Positions 1 through 7,684 of a DNA stretch of 18,711 nt are shown here, one piece after another. The stretch lies in assembly GCA_049971295.1 (NCBI GenBank), contig JBMFLH010000035.1:1-18711 (forward strand), read 5' to 3'. The position numbers and the translations under genes were made by a program. The first letter of the stretch is position 1, and each line of letters opens with the position of its first letter. The notes under the pieces are model-generated. The model was not told the origin of the DNA and did no database searches. It saw only the letters and a list, made by a program, of their open reading frames with translations. The stretch comes from Candidatus Ratteibacteria bacterium (GTDB taxonomy: Bacteria; Ratteibacteria; UBA8468; B48-G9; DTJG01).

Positions 1-46
1 CTATATACGAGAACTTCTTGTGCTGATCCACTCCTATATATCGCAT
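1..46 (-). CDS. IS110-family transposase/recombinase, N-terminal 15 codons (truncated by window edge)
   Basis: Manual translation from ATG 46..44: MRYIGVDQHKKFSYI, matching the IS110 DEDD RuvC-like N-terminal motif Y-x-G-x-D-x-H-K. Strong SD AGGAGGTG at 58..51. Not in the ORF track; only 15 aa visible. Confidence 0.8.
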   Translation of the reverse strand, partial: MRYIGVDQHKKFSYI

Positions 47-104
47 AGCGCACCTCCTCTTTTTTCTTCTTATTTTACTACCAGGGCACTATGCTTTCAT
101 TATA
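1..104 (-). mobile_element. Left end of an IS110-family (IS1111-type) insertion sequence
   Basis: Minus strand reads TATAATGAA-AGCATAGTGCCC...AGGAGGTG-cgct-ATG. TAATGAA (102..96) resembles the short terminal segment that precedes the sub-terminal inverted repeat in IS1111/IS4321-type elements; TATAAT at 104..99; short (~55 bp) non-coding left end. Exact boundary is inferred. Confidence 0.65.
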
Positions 105-108
105 TCTT

Positions 109-348
109 CTATGTGATTTTTTTTGTTGATAAATCCTGTTCACAAAAAATTTCAATCGCTGCATCCGGACATATAATGGCACATTTTTTACATCCTTTAC
201 AATCGCCATTGACCACTTCAATAAAGTGATAGCCAAATTTGTTAAATGATTTGGAAATTGTTAAAAGTTTTTGTGGACACACTTCAATACATAGCCCACA
301 CCCTTTGCACCTGTTTTTATTAATTTTCAGATTAATCCCTTTCCCCAT
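109..348 (-). CDS. 2x[4Fe-4S] dicluster ferredoxin, similar to the delta subunit of 2-oxoacid:ferredoxin oxidoreductases
   Basis: Two CxxCxxCxxxCP motifs (CKGCGLCIEVCP, CKGCKKCAIICP) and linker FNKFGYH. Start placed at ATG 348 (MGKGINL); the ORF-track start at 375 overlaps nadK more deeply. Confidence 0.9.
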   Translation of the reverse strand: MGKGINLKINKNRCKGCGLCIEVCPQKLLTISKSFNKFGYHFIEVVNGDCKGCKKCAIICPDAAIEIFCEQDLSTKKIT

Positions 349-1118
349 GAGAACTTTTCCTTTAATGTATTCCAAAAATCCCAGTTTTCAGGAACCATTA
401 ACTTGAATGATTCTTGACCGGGTTTAATTTCAAGTAATTGCTCTTTTTGCAGGCCTATTCTTTCCTGGCCATCAATAATAATGTCACAATCTTGAGATGG
501 TTTAAGTAAGATTCTTCCTTCATATATGCAGTTTCTCCACGTACCAGTAAATGGTGCAAATGCAACTACTAATATTGACCTGGATTCAGGAAAAACAATA
601 GGTCCTCCTGCTGAAAAAGCATGTGCGGTGGAACCGGTTGGAGTGCTGATTATCATTCCATCTGCTCTAAAATAAAACACTGTGGAACCAAGGGTTAATT
701 CAAACTTCACCATTCTTATGTCTTTTCTAAATACTATCATTTCGTTCAAAGCCCTTCCAGCAAATTTTACTTCATTAAATGGAAAAACGATATTTCCTTC
801 AAGATACATGCGAGGTGAAATACGAAAATTTCCGGACAATACACTCTGCATTACTTTACTCATATCTTTACAATCTATTGTAAGAAAACCAAATTTTCCG
901 AAGTTCAGTCCGAGAAGTGGGATATCAAAAGACGGTAGCATTTTGAATCCTCTGAGAACAGTTCCGTCTCCACCAAGTGAAATGAGAATTTCTGTGTTCG
1001 TAGAACATGGAATAACTTTTGCACCAATCTGTTGAATAATCTTTTCAAGATTATTTCTTATACCGAATATATTCTGAATCTTTGGATTTTCGATTATTGA
1101 AACATTAGATATTTTCAT
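327..1118 (-). CDS. nadK: NAD(+) kinase
   Basis: GGDGT motif, GLNFGKFGFL, ALNE, ADG..ISTPTGSTA..SAGGP, DGQ; follows dxs as is common. Confidence 0.95.
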   Translation of the reverse strand: MKISNVSIIENPKIQNIFGIRNNLEKIIQQIGAKVIPCSTNTEILISLGGDGTVLRGFKMLPSFDIPLLGLNFGKFGFLTIDCKDMSKVMQSVLSGNFRISPRMYLEGNIVFPFNEVKFAGRALNEMIVFRKDIRMVKFELTLGSTVFYFRADGMIISTPTGSTAHAFSAGGPIVFPESRSILVVAFAPFTGTWRNCIYEGRILLKPSQDCDIIIDGQERIGLQKEQLLEIKPGQESFKLMVPENWDFWNTLKEKFSWGKGLI

Positions 1119-2931
1119 AAAAGTTTTTCACCCTTCCTATGATACCATCTTTGTCAAGGTTGAAATTTTTCAACAATTCTTCCCTTGAGCCAGTTTCAAT
1201 AAATGTGTCAGGAATTCCTATTCGTAAAATTTCAGGCAACAGTTTTTTTTGATTGCATATTTCAAGAATTAATGAGCCGAAACCTCCTGAAAGTACTGTT
1301 TCTTCACAGGTTACAATTTTTTTGTACAATGGCAACATGTTTTCCACATTTTCATCCAGTGGACATATTTTGCTTACAGGCACAAAATCTATCTGAATGC
1401 CTTGTTGGTTTAAAAACATACATGCCTGATAAGCAATTTCTGCCATTGAACCTGGACAGAGACAAAGAATTTTACCATTATTTTTTATTTCCTGCACGTT
1501 TTCTGGCAATAACTCGCGCGGATATCTGATTATAACAGGTGTTTTATAATCCAGAGATTGTTTGAGAACTTCCTCGATATTCTTAAGAGAAAATGGACAG
1601 AATATTGTAATACCAGGGATACTTCTGAGAAAGGCAAGGTCATAAATACCCTGATGCGTAGGGCCATCACCAGACACAATGCCGGCTCTGTCAACCAGTA
1701 TCACAACGGGTAAGTTTTGAAGGCAAACATCATGAAATACCTGGTCATAAGCTCTCTGTAAAAAAGTACTGTAAATTCCAACAAAAACTTTTTTCCCTGT
1801 TTTTGCGATTCCTCCAGCAAAAATTAAGCTATGACTTTCTGCAATGCCGACGTCAAAAAATCTATCCGGAAATTTTTTTGTAAATCCATCAAACCCGAGT
1901 CCATATTCCATAGCAGAAGTAATCACATAAAAATCATGTTCTTCGCCATACTTTTCAAGAACTTTTCCAACAAAGGTCCCTGTGGATGCTGTCTTAAAAA
2001 GAACTTCGCCTGTTTCTATGTTAAAAGGTCCGATGCTATGATACTTTTCAGGATTTTTTTCAGCCGGGATATATCCCTTTCCTTTTTTTGTTATTGCGTG
2101 GAGTATTTTTGGCCCCCCTTGGTTTAAAAGATTCGGTAAAACATCCAAAATTTGATTGAGGTCGTTTCCGTCTATGGGGCCAAAATATTGAATACCGAGT
2201 TTTTCAAAAAATACCCCAGGAATAATGAGATGCTTTGTTTTTTGCTCCAGATCCTTGCTTAGTTTGACTATTTGCTCGCCTATAGCAGGAATTTTTTCAA
2301 TAATTTCTTTTATCTCTTCTTTTGATTTTATTAATACAGGCATGGTGACAAGTTTTGTTAGATAGTACGACAAAGCTCCGCGAGTTTTTGATATTGAAAA
2401 ATTATTATCGTTGAGTATAACGAGAATATTTTTCCCGGAAAAACCCAAATTGTTCAGCCCTTCAAAGTTTACTCCGTTTGTTAAACTACCATCTCCAATC
2501 ACAACTACTGTTTTTATTCTACCTTTATTTTTTTCTTCAATTGTTTGAAGTCCTAAAGCTGCCGAGATTGCTGTGCCAGCGTGTCCTGTTAAAAATAGGT
2601 CAGTTTGGTTCTCCTGGGGATTTGGAAAGCCTGAAATTCCTCTGTATTTCCTCAGGGTACTGAATTTACTGAATCTTCCTGTAAGTAATTTGTGCGAATA
2701 TATTTGGTGTCCGACATCAAATATTACCCTATCAGGCGGGATATTCAAAGTATAATGGAGAGCGACCGTAATTTCCACAATTCCAAGATTGGAAGCAAGG
2801 TGTCCTCCGTTGCTGGAAACAACTTTTATAATTTCGTTCCTAATTTCCTGAGATAGTTGTTCCAGCTGTTGCCTGGTAAGCTGTTTTATGGTACCTGGTG
2901 ATTGATTGATTTTTTCAAGAAGAGTGCTCAT
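1105..2931 (-). CDS. dxs: 1-deoxy-D-xylulose-5-phosphate synthase
   Basis: GGHLASNLG, FDVGHQ.Y.HK, TPP motif GDGS..G..FE..NN, ILNDN, GPIDG, TKKGKGY, RFFDVGIAE, YSTFLQRAYDQ, DRAG..DGPTHQG; 608 aa. Confidence 0.98.
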   Translation of the reverse strand: MSTLLEKINQSPGTIKQLTRQQLEQLSQEIRNEIIKVVSSNGGHLASNLGIVEITVALHYTLNIPPDRVIFDVGHQIYSHKLLTGRFSKFSTLRKYRGISGFPNPQENQTDLFLTGHAGTAISAALGLQTIEEKNKGRIKTVVVIGDGSLTNGVNFEGLNNLGFSGKNILVILNDNNFSISKTRGALSYYLTKLVTMPVLIKSKEEIKEIIEKIPAIGEQIVKLSKDLEQKTKHLIIPGVFFEKLGIQYFGPIDGNDLNQILDVLPNLLNQGGPKILHAITKKGKGYIPAEKNPEKYHSIGPFNIETGEVLFKTASTGTFVGKVLEKYGEEHDFYVITSAMEYGLGFDGFTKKFPDRFFDVGIAESHSLIFAGGIAKTGKKVFVGIYSTFLQRAYDQVFHDVCLQNLPVVILVDRAGIVSGDGPTHQGIYDLAFLRSIPGITIFCPFSLKNIEEVLKQSLDYKTPVIIRYPRELLPENVQEIKNNGKILCLCPGSMAEIAYQACMFLNQQGIQIDFVPVSKICPLDENVENMLPLYKKIVTCEETVLSGGFGSLILEICNQKKLLPEILRIGIPDTFIETGSREELLKNFNLDKDGIIGRVKNFYENI

Positions 2932-4283
2932 TTCTTGTTGATCAGTAATTGTTGCTTTGCTGCATCTATCATGTTTGATATTTCATTTCTCGGGGACAAT
3001 TCCTGAGCCCTTGCCCACCAAAAAATTGCCTTGACTGGGTTCTTCATTTTGTAATAAAGATATCCAAGATGTTCAAAGATTTCAGGATCTGATTCTTTTT
3101 TTTGTGCCATCAATAAAAATTTTTCTGCAAGTTTATAATTATTTTTTTTATAATATGCCCAGCCAAGACTGTCAAGATATGCACCATTATCAGGATCAAG
3201 ACTGATTGCTTTTTGGATGAGCTGAAATGCTTCATCAATGTTTTTGTTTTCAAGTAGAAATGAATATCCAAGATAATTCAAAGCAAGATGATTATTTGGA
3301 TCCAGCTGTATCGCTTTTCGCATACATTGTTCCATCTCAACCTTTTTATTCATTTTGTCATAGACAAGTCCCAGATTGAACCATGTTTCAGACGTTTCTT
3401 TTATCATCAGTGCACGCTTATAATAAATTTCTGCTTCTGAATATTGTTTATTTTGAAAACTTATGAATCCAACAATTTGATTGAGCATTGCGGATTTAAG
3501 ATTTTTTTTGATTGCTTTTGTCAAAACCGCCTCTACCTGATTCCAGTCGCCTTGCTTCATATAAATCTCAACCATTTTTTCATAAGGTACAGGGTCTTCA
3601 GGAGATATCTCTGTTGCTTTTTTATAATATTCTATAGCATTTTCATCATTGTTTTGCTGCAAATAGATAGATGCCAGTTGCACATAACTTTTTTCAAATG
3701 CTGGTTGTAATTTTATCGATTCAAGAAAATATTTTTCGGCTTCTTCCATTTTATTCATTTTTACCAGAAGTAGACCAGAATTGAAATAAAGCAAAAAATT
3801 CGAAGGAAATTCCTCAATTAAAATTTTGTAAGACCCAAGGGCTTTCTCGTACTGGTTGGTTAGAACATATAGATCACACAGAATCATTCTATATGATGGA
3901 AATTCTTTTATTTTCAAACCTTTCTCCAGGTACTTAATGGCATTGTCATAGGATTTCATATAGTAATATGTAAGGCCCAAACCCATAAAGTTTTCAGGGT
4001 CACTTTCGTTGAAAGAGATTGCTTTCAAGAATGCTTTTTCTGCTTCTTTGAATTTTTTTTCTTTCAACAAAATTTTACCAATTTTACCAAGCAAAAAACT
4101 GTTGGGGGAATCTTGTTGAAGTGCCTTTTGATACATAACAAACGCATCTTCTAAATTTCCATCGGATTCATATAAAAGACCCTGAATGTAATACTTCCTC
4201 GCCAAATCACGAGTTGTTTCCAATGAAAGTGAAGCGCATCCTGTAAGAAAAAGCGCAACAGCAAGATAAAGAATTATTTTCAT
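2928..4283 (-). CDS. TPR-repeat lipoprotein
   Basis: Signal peptide with lipobox LTGC (Cys16); tandem TPR-like repeats; C-terminal ALNYLGYS...DPDNGAYLDSLGWAYYK typical of envelope TPR proteins. 4-nt overlap with dxs start. Confidence 0.9.
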   Translation of the reverse strand: MKIILYLAVALFLTGCASLSLETTRDLARKYYIQGLLYESDGNLEDAFVMYQKALQQDSPNSFLLGKIGKILLKEKKFKEAEKAFLKAISFNESDPENFMGLGLTYYYMKSYDNAIKYLEKGLKIKEFPSYRMILCDLYVLTNQYEKALGSYKILIEEFPSNFLLYFNSGLLLVKMNKMEEAEKYFLESIKLQPAFEKSYVQLASIYLQQNNDENAIEYYKKATEISPEDPVPYEKMVEIYMKQGDWNQVEAVLTKAIKKNLKSAMLNQIVGFISFQNKQYSEAEIYYKRALMIKETSETWFNLGLVYDKMNKKVEMEQCMRKAIQLDPNNHLALNYLGYSFLLENKNIDEAFQLIQKAISLDPDNGAYLDSLGWAYYKKNNYKLAEKFLLMAQKKESDPEIFEHLGYLYYKMKNPVKAIFWWARAQELSPRNEISNMIDAAKQQLLINKK

Positions 4284-4379
4284 TTATCTTTTTCTTTTCT
4301 TATGCCTGAGGGCGCGTAGCCTCTTTTTTCTTTTGTGTGTTTTGATTTTCCTTCTTTTTCTTTTCCTTCCACACGGCAT
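4284..4379 (-). CDS. Small basic ribosomal protein, bS22 / AURKAIP1-COX24 (mS38) family, 31 aa
   Basis: Manual translation MPCGRKRKRRKIKTHKRKKRLRALRHKKRKR*; SD AAGGAG at 4390..4385; TAA directly abuts the TPR gene ATG. Below the ORF-track length cutoff. Confidence 0.88.
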   Translation of the reverse strand: MPCGRKRKRRKIKTHKRKKRLRALRHKKRKR

Positions 4380-4390
4380 GTATTCTCCTT

Positions 4391-5266
4391 TTAATAGATG
4401 AGCTTGTTAAGATTGTATTCCACTATTCCAGATGCACCAAGTTTTTTTAGTTCTGGAATGATATCCTTCGCCTCTTTTTTATCAATAATAGTTTCAAGGG
4501 CATACCATCCTTTTGCTGCGAGCGGAGCGATGGTGGGTTTTTTAATTGCTGGTAGTTTCTTCAGAATCGATGGAATGTCTTTTTTCTGTGCATTCATTTT
4601 TAGTCCGACTTTTCTGCTTGCATTCAATGCACCTTCCAGAAGCAAAGAAATGTTTTCCATCTTGGTTCTTTTCCAGGGATTCTTCCACGAATTTTTATTA
4701 GCAAAAAAACGTGGAGTGGATTCCATGATGGTATCAATGATTCTTAATCCATGAGAGGCAAGTGTTACTCCGGTTTCTGTAATTTCTACAATTGCATCAA
4801 CAAGATGTCCAGCTTTTATTTCTGTTGCACCCCATGAGAATTCAACGTTACAATTCACCCTGTGTTTTTTTAGGTAGTCTCTGGTTAGATTGACAAGTTC
4901 TGTCGCAATAATTTTTCCTTCAAGGTCTTTCACGGATTTGATAGATGAATTTTCTTGAACAGCAAGGACAATTTTTACTGGTTTCAATCCTCGTTTTGCA
5001 TAACACAATTCACATATTTCAATAATATCAGCTCTGTTTTCAAGAATCCAGTCCTTTCCTGATATTCCTGCGTCAAAAACGCCTAATTCCACGTACCTTG
5101 GAATTTCCTGAGCTCTTATTAAAATTGCCTCTATTTCCCTGTCATCAAAGGAAAGATAATAACTCCTGCTAATATTTGAAACTTCAAATCCTGCGTTAAT
5201 AAAAAGATTGATTGTGGATTCCTGAAGACTACCTTTTGGTATCGCAAGTTTTAATTTTTGATTCAT
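4391..5266 (-). CDS. hisG: ATP phosphoribosyltransferase, long form
   Basis: LAIPKGSL, RAQEIPRYV, D.GI.G.D, SWGATE, DAIVEITETG.TL, C-terminal regulatory domain (PTIAPL...LKKLGASGI); 291 aa. Confidence 0.97.
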   Translation of the reverse strand: MNQKLKLAIPKGSLQESTINLFINAGFEVSNISRSYYLSFDDREIEAILIRAQEIPRYVELGVFDAGISGKDWILENRADIIEICELCYAKRGLKPVKIVLAVQENSSIKSVKDLEGKIIATELVNLTRDYLKKHRVNCNVEFSWGATEIKAGHLVDAIVEITETGVTLASHGLRIIDTIMESTPRFFANKNSWKNPWKRTKMENISLLLEGALNASRKVGLKMNAQKKDIPSILKKLPAIKKPTIAPLAAKGWYALETIIDKKEAKDIIPELKKLGASGIVEYNLNKLIY

Positions 5267-6234
5267 ATGATTTTCTGTTTTTCTTTGTAAAAACCAATGT
5301 TTCTGTATTTTTGATATCGTTTTTCCGTCAGAATTTTGATATCCACGGAACGCAATTCATTCAGGTTTTTTTCTATGCAATCACCAAGGATTTTTATCAT
5401 CTCCTGTGGTTGTGAATGTGCCCCACCTTGAGGTTCAGGAACTATTTCATCTATCAGACCGAGTTTCAATAAATCAGGCGCAGTGAGCTTTAAAGATTCA
5501 GATGCTTCCATTACCGCATCCTGGTTTTTCCAAAGTATCGAAGCGCAACCTTCTGGTGATATCACAGAATATATTGCAAATTCAAGCATCAAGATTTTAT
5601 CGCCAACTCCTATTCCAAGAGCACCACCGCTTCCACCTTCTCCAATGATTACCACGATAATTGGAGTGGTGATTCCTGCCATTTCATAAAGATTGTTTGC
5701 AATCGCAAGTGCCTGATTTCTTTCTTCAGCTTCTATATGGGGATGTGCACCAGGCGTGTCCACCAAGGTGATAACAGGAAATGAGAATTTTTCAGCGATT
5801 TTCATTACCCGGAGTGCTTTTCTATATCCTTCTGGATGAGCCATACCGAAGTTTCTTCTGATGTTTTCTTCAGTGTCTTTCCCCTTTTGATGGCCCATAA
5901 TAGCAACCGAAAAACCTCTGAATTTTCCGATGCCAGCGATAATTGCTGGATCATCTCCACATATGCGATCACCATGAAGTTCGTAAAAATTTTCAATCAA
6001 ACCGGAGATGTAATCGTATGTATGGGGTCTCTGTGGATGCCTTGCGATTTGAACTTTCTGCCATGGAGTAAGATTTGAGTAAATGTCTTTTGTTTTTTCA
6101 CGAAAAAGCTGTTGAAACTGAGTTATTTGTAGTTGATTGTCGATATTCTTTCTTTTTCGTATATCCTGAAGATTGAGTATCTGTTTTTCTATTTCTTCAA
6201 GTGGTTTTTCAAAATCTAGATATTTTCTTTCCAT
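5263..6234 (-). CDS. accA: Acetyl-CoA carboxylase carboxyltransferase subunit alpha
   Basis: YLDFEKP, ARHPQRP, ELHGDR, RNFGM.HPEGYRKA, GEGGSGGAL, YSVISPEGCASILW, EP.GGAH. Confidence 0.98.
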   Translation of the reverse strand: MERKYLDFEKPLEEIEKQILNLQDIRKRKNIDNQLQITQFQQLFREKTKDIYSNLTPWQKVQIARHPQRPHTYDYISGLIENFYELHGDRICGDDPAIIAGIGKFRGFSVAIMGHQKGKDTEENIRRNFGMAHPEGYRKALRVMKIAEKFSFPVITLVDTPGAHPHIEAEERNQALAIANNLYEMAGITTPIIVVIIGEGGSGGALGIGVGDKILMLEFAIYSVISPEGCASILWKNQDAVMEASESLKLTAPDLLKLGLIDEIVPEPQGGAHSQPQEMIKILGDCIEKNLNELRSVDIKILTEKRYQKYRNIGFYKEKQKII

Positions 6235-6238
6235 TTTC

Positions 6239-6526
6239 TTAAATGATTTTTGGGACCTTGAAAAGATTTCCTGTTTTTTCTGGAGCGTTCTTCATGACTC
6301 TGTCAACAGGAAGCGATGGTCTGGATGTGTCTTTTCTACATACGTTGGTGAAAGGCAGAACATGTTTTGCGGGTTCAATGTTTTCAGTATCTAACTGGTT
6401 GAGTTGAGAAATATAATCCAGTATACTTTTAAGATCAATAATGATTTTTTCCATTTCGCTTTCCTCTATTTTTATTCTCGCAAGCTTTGAAAGATAATCA
6501 ACAGTTTTCCTATCAATATCTGACAT
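6239..6526 (-). CDS. gatC: Asp-tRNA(Asn)/Glu-tRNA(Gln) amidotransferase subunit C
   Basis: 95 aa; KLARI, IL.Y..QL..LDT..IEP, R.D, NAP.....F.VPKII; SD GGAGGTG at 6537..6531. Confidence 0.95.
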   Translation of the reverse strand: MSDIDRKTVDYLSKLARIKIEESEMEKIIIDLKSILDYISQLNQLDTENIEPAKHVLPFTNVCRKDTSRPSLPVDRVMKNAPEKTGNLFKVPKII

Positions 6527-6543
6527 GTCACACCTCCATTAAT

Positions 6544-6572
6544 ATTATACAGGGAAAAAGTTTTTTGGTCAA
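6544..6572 (-). promoter_or_regulatory. sigma70-type promoter of the gatC operon
   Basis: TTGACC (6572..6567) - 17 nt - TATAAT (6549..6544), just upstream of the gatC SD. Confidence 0.8.
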
Positions 6573-6601
6573 AGAAACATTTTTCAGTTTTGGTTGATTT
6601 G

Positions 6602-6610
6602 TGATATTAT
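6602..6610 (+). promoter_or_regulatory. Possible extended -10 promoter for the two plus-strand glycosyltransferases
   Basis: TG-A-TATTAT 18 nt upstream of ATG 6629; no convincing -35; AT-rich context. Confidence 0.35.
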
Positions 6611-6628
6611 TTGTGAAATATTTCAATC

Positions 6629-7684
6629 ATGCAGATGAAAATCAATGTACTGTTAAATCTGGGCAAAAAACCCAGCGGTGCGGCGAGACCAGTTATTGAA
6701 TTTTTTAACAAACTGTCGATGAATCACGATATTGTTATGTACAAGGCGTACAATCCTAATAAAAACGGCCTGGAATATTTTATTAGAGAAAAAATCGGTT
6801 TTTTGTTAAAAGGCAGAAAGTATACTCAGAACTGGATTGTATCCAATTTTCCTGTAAAAATAATACCCTATTATCATGAAAAATGGGTAAGAGATGGCGA
6901 TATCGTTTTTTTTCGTTCAGCAGACCTTGCAACAGTGGTCTCTCATTGGGGTATTGAAAAAGGGAAAAAAGTGATGAGGGTTTCCAATATTCATATATTT
7001 GACAGTCACATTAGAATTCCTGAAAATATCGTTCTTATCCCTTCGTCAACAATGATATACGAGAAATTGAAGATTTTATATCCAGGACACACAATTTACA
7101 GGGTTGGCAATGGTGTTAATTGTAAGTTTTTTTCTCCTGGAAACAGGACCTATGATAAACCAGCATCACTTGGAATGATTTTATACGAAGGCAGACATTC
7201 TGGTCATAAGGGTATGGACGTAGGTTTTGAAGTGATGAAAAGTATAAAGAGAAAATTTCCTTATCTGCGATTTTTGGTTGTTGGATTGAAAAAACAAAGA
7301 AATATACCTGACTTTGTTGAATTTATTGATGGGTCGACAAGTAATGGTATGTTACAGTTTTATAGAAAGACAGATATTTTTCTTTATTCAAGTTTGGCGG
7401 ATGCATGGCCAAATCCTCCGATGGAGGCAATGGCATGTGGTTGTGCGGTTGTGACAACAGATGTTGGCGGGGTGAGGGATTTTGCGAAAAACCGTGAAAC
7501 AGCAATCATTTGTGCTCCAGGAGATATTGAAGAATTGACGATGGCGGTTGAGCATCTGATTTTTAATCCTGAATTCTGGGTAAAATTGGCAAAAAATGGC
7601 AACATTGCTATTCAACAGTTTGATTATAATATACAGGCAAAAATACTGGAAAAAATTTTCTATGAAATTTTATCAACCAGTTGA
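6629..7684 (+). CDS. Glycosyltransferase family 4 (GT-B)
   Basis: GNGVN, HKG.D, DIFLYSS.ADAWPNPPMEAMACGCAVVTTDVGG. Start may be 6629 or 6635. Confidence 0.9.
   Translation: MQMKINVLLNLGKKPSGAARPVIEFFNKLSMNHDIVMYKAYNPNKNGLEYFIREKIGFLLKGRKYTQNWIVSNFPVKIIPYYHEKWVRDGDIVFFRSADLATVVSHWGIEKGKKVMRVSNIHIFDSHIRIPENIVLIPSSTMIYEKLKILYPGHTIYRVGNGVNCKFFSPGNRTYDKPASLGMILYEGRHSGHKGMDVGFEVMKSIKRKFPYLRFLVVGLKKQRNIPDFVEFIDGSTSNGMLQFYRKTDIFLYSSLADAWPNPPMEAMACGCAVVTTDVGGVRDFAKNRETAIICAPGDIEELTMAVEHLIFNPEFWVKLAKNGNIAIQQFDYNIQAKILEKIFYEILSTS

Noticed and set aside
20..229. 69-aa plus-strand ORF
   Set aside because: Antisense to the ferredoxin and IS left end; no recognisable motif or RBS.
4284..4370. Pyrimidine-rich low-complexity tract as repeat or terminator
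   Set aside because: Explained by Lys/Arg codons of the small ribosomal protein on the minus strand.
682..6394. Short antisense or alternate-frame ORFs over nadK, dxs, TPR, hisG, accA and gatC
   Set aside because: Shadow ORFs of well-supported genes; no motifs.
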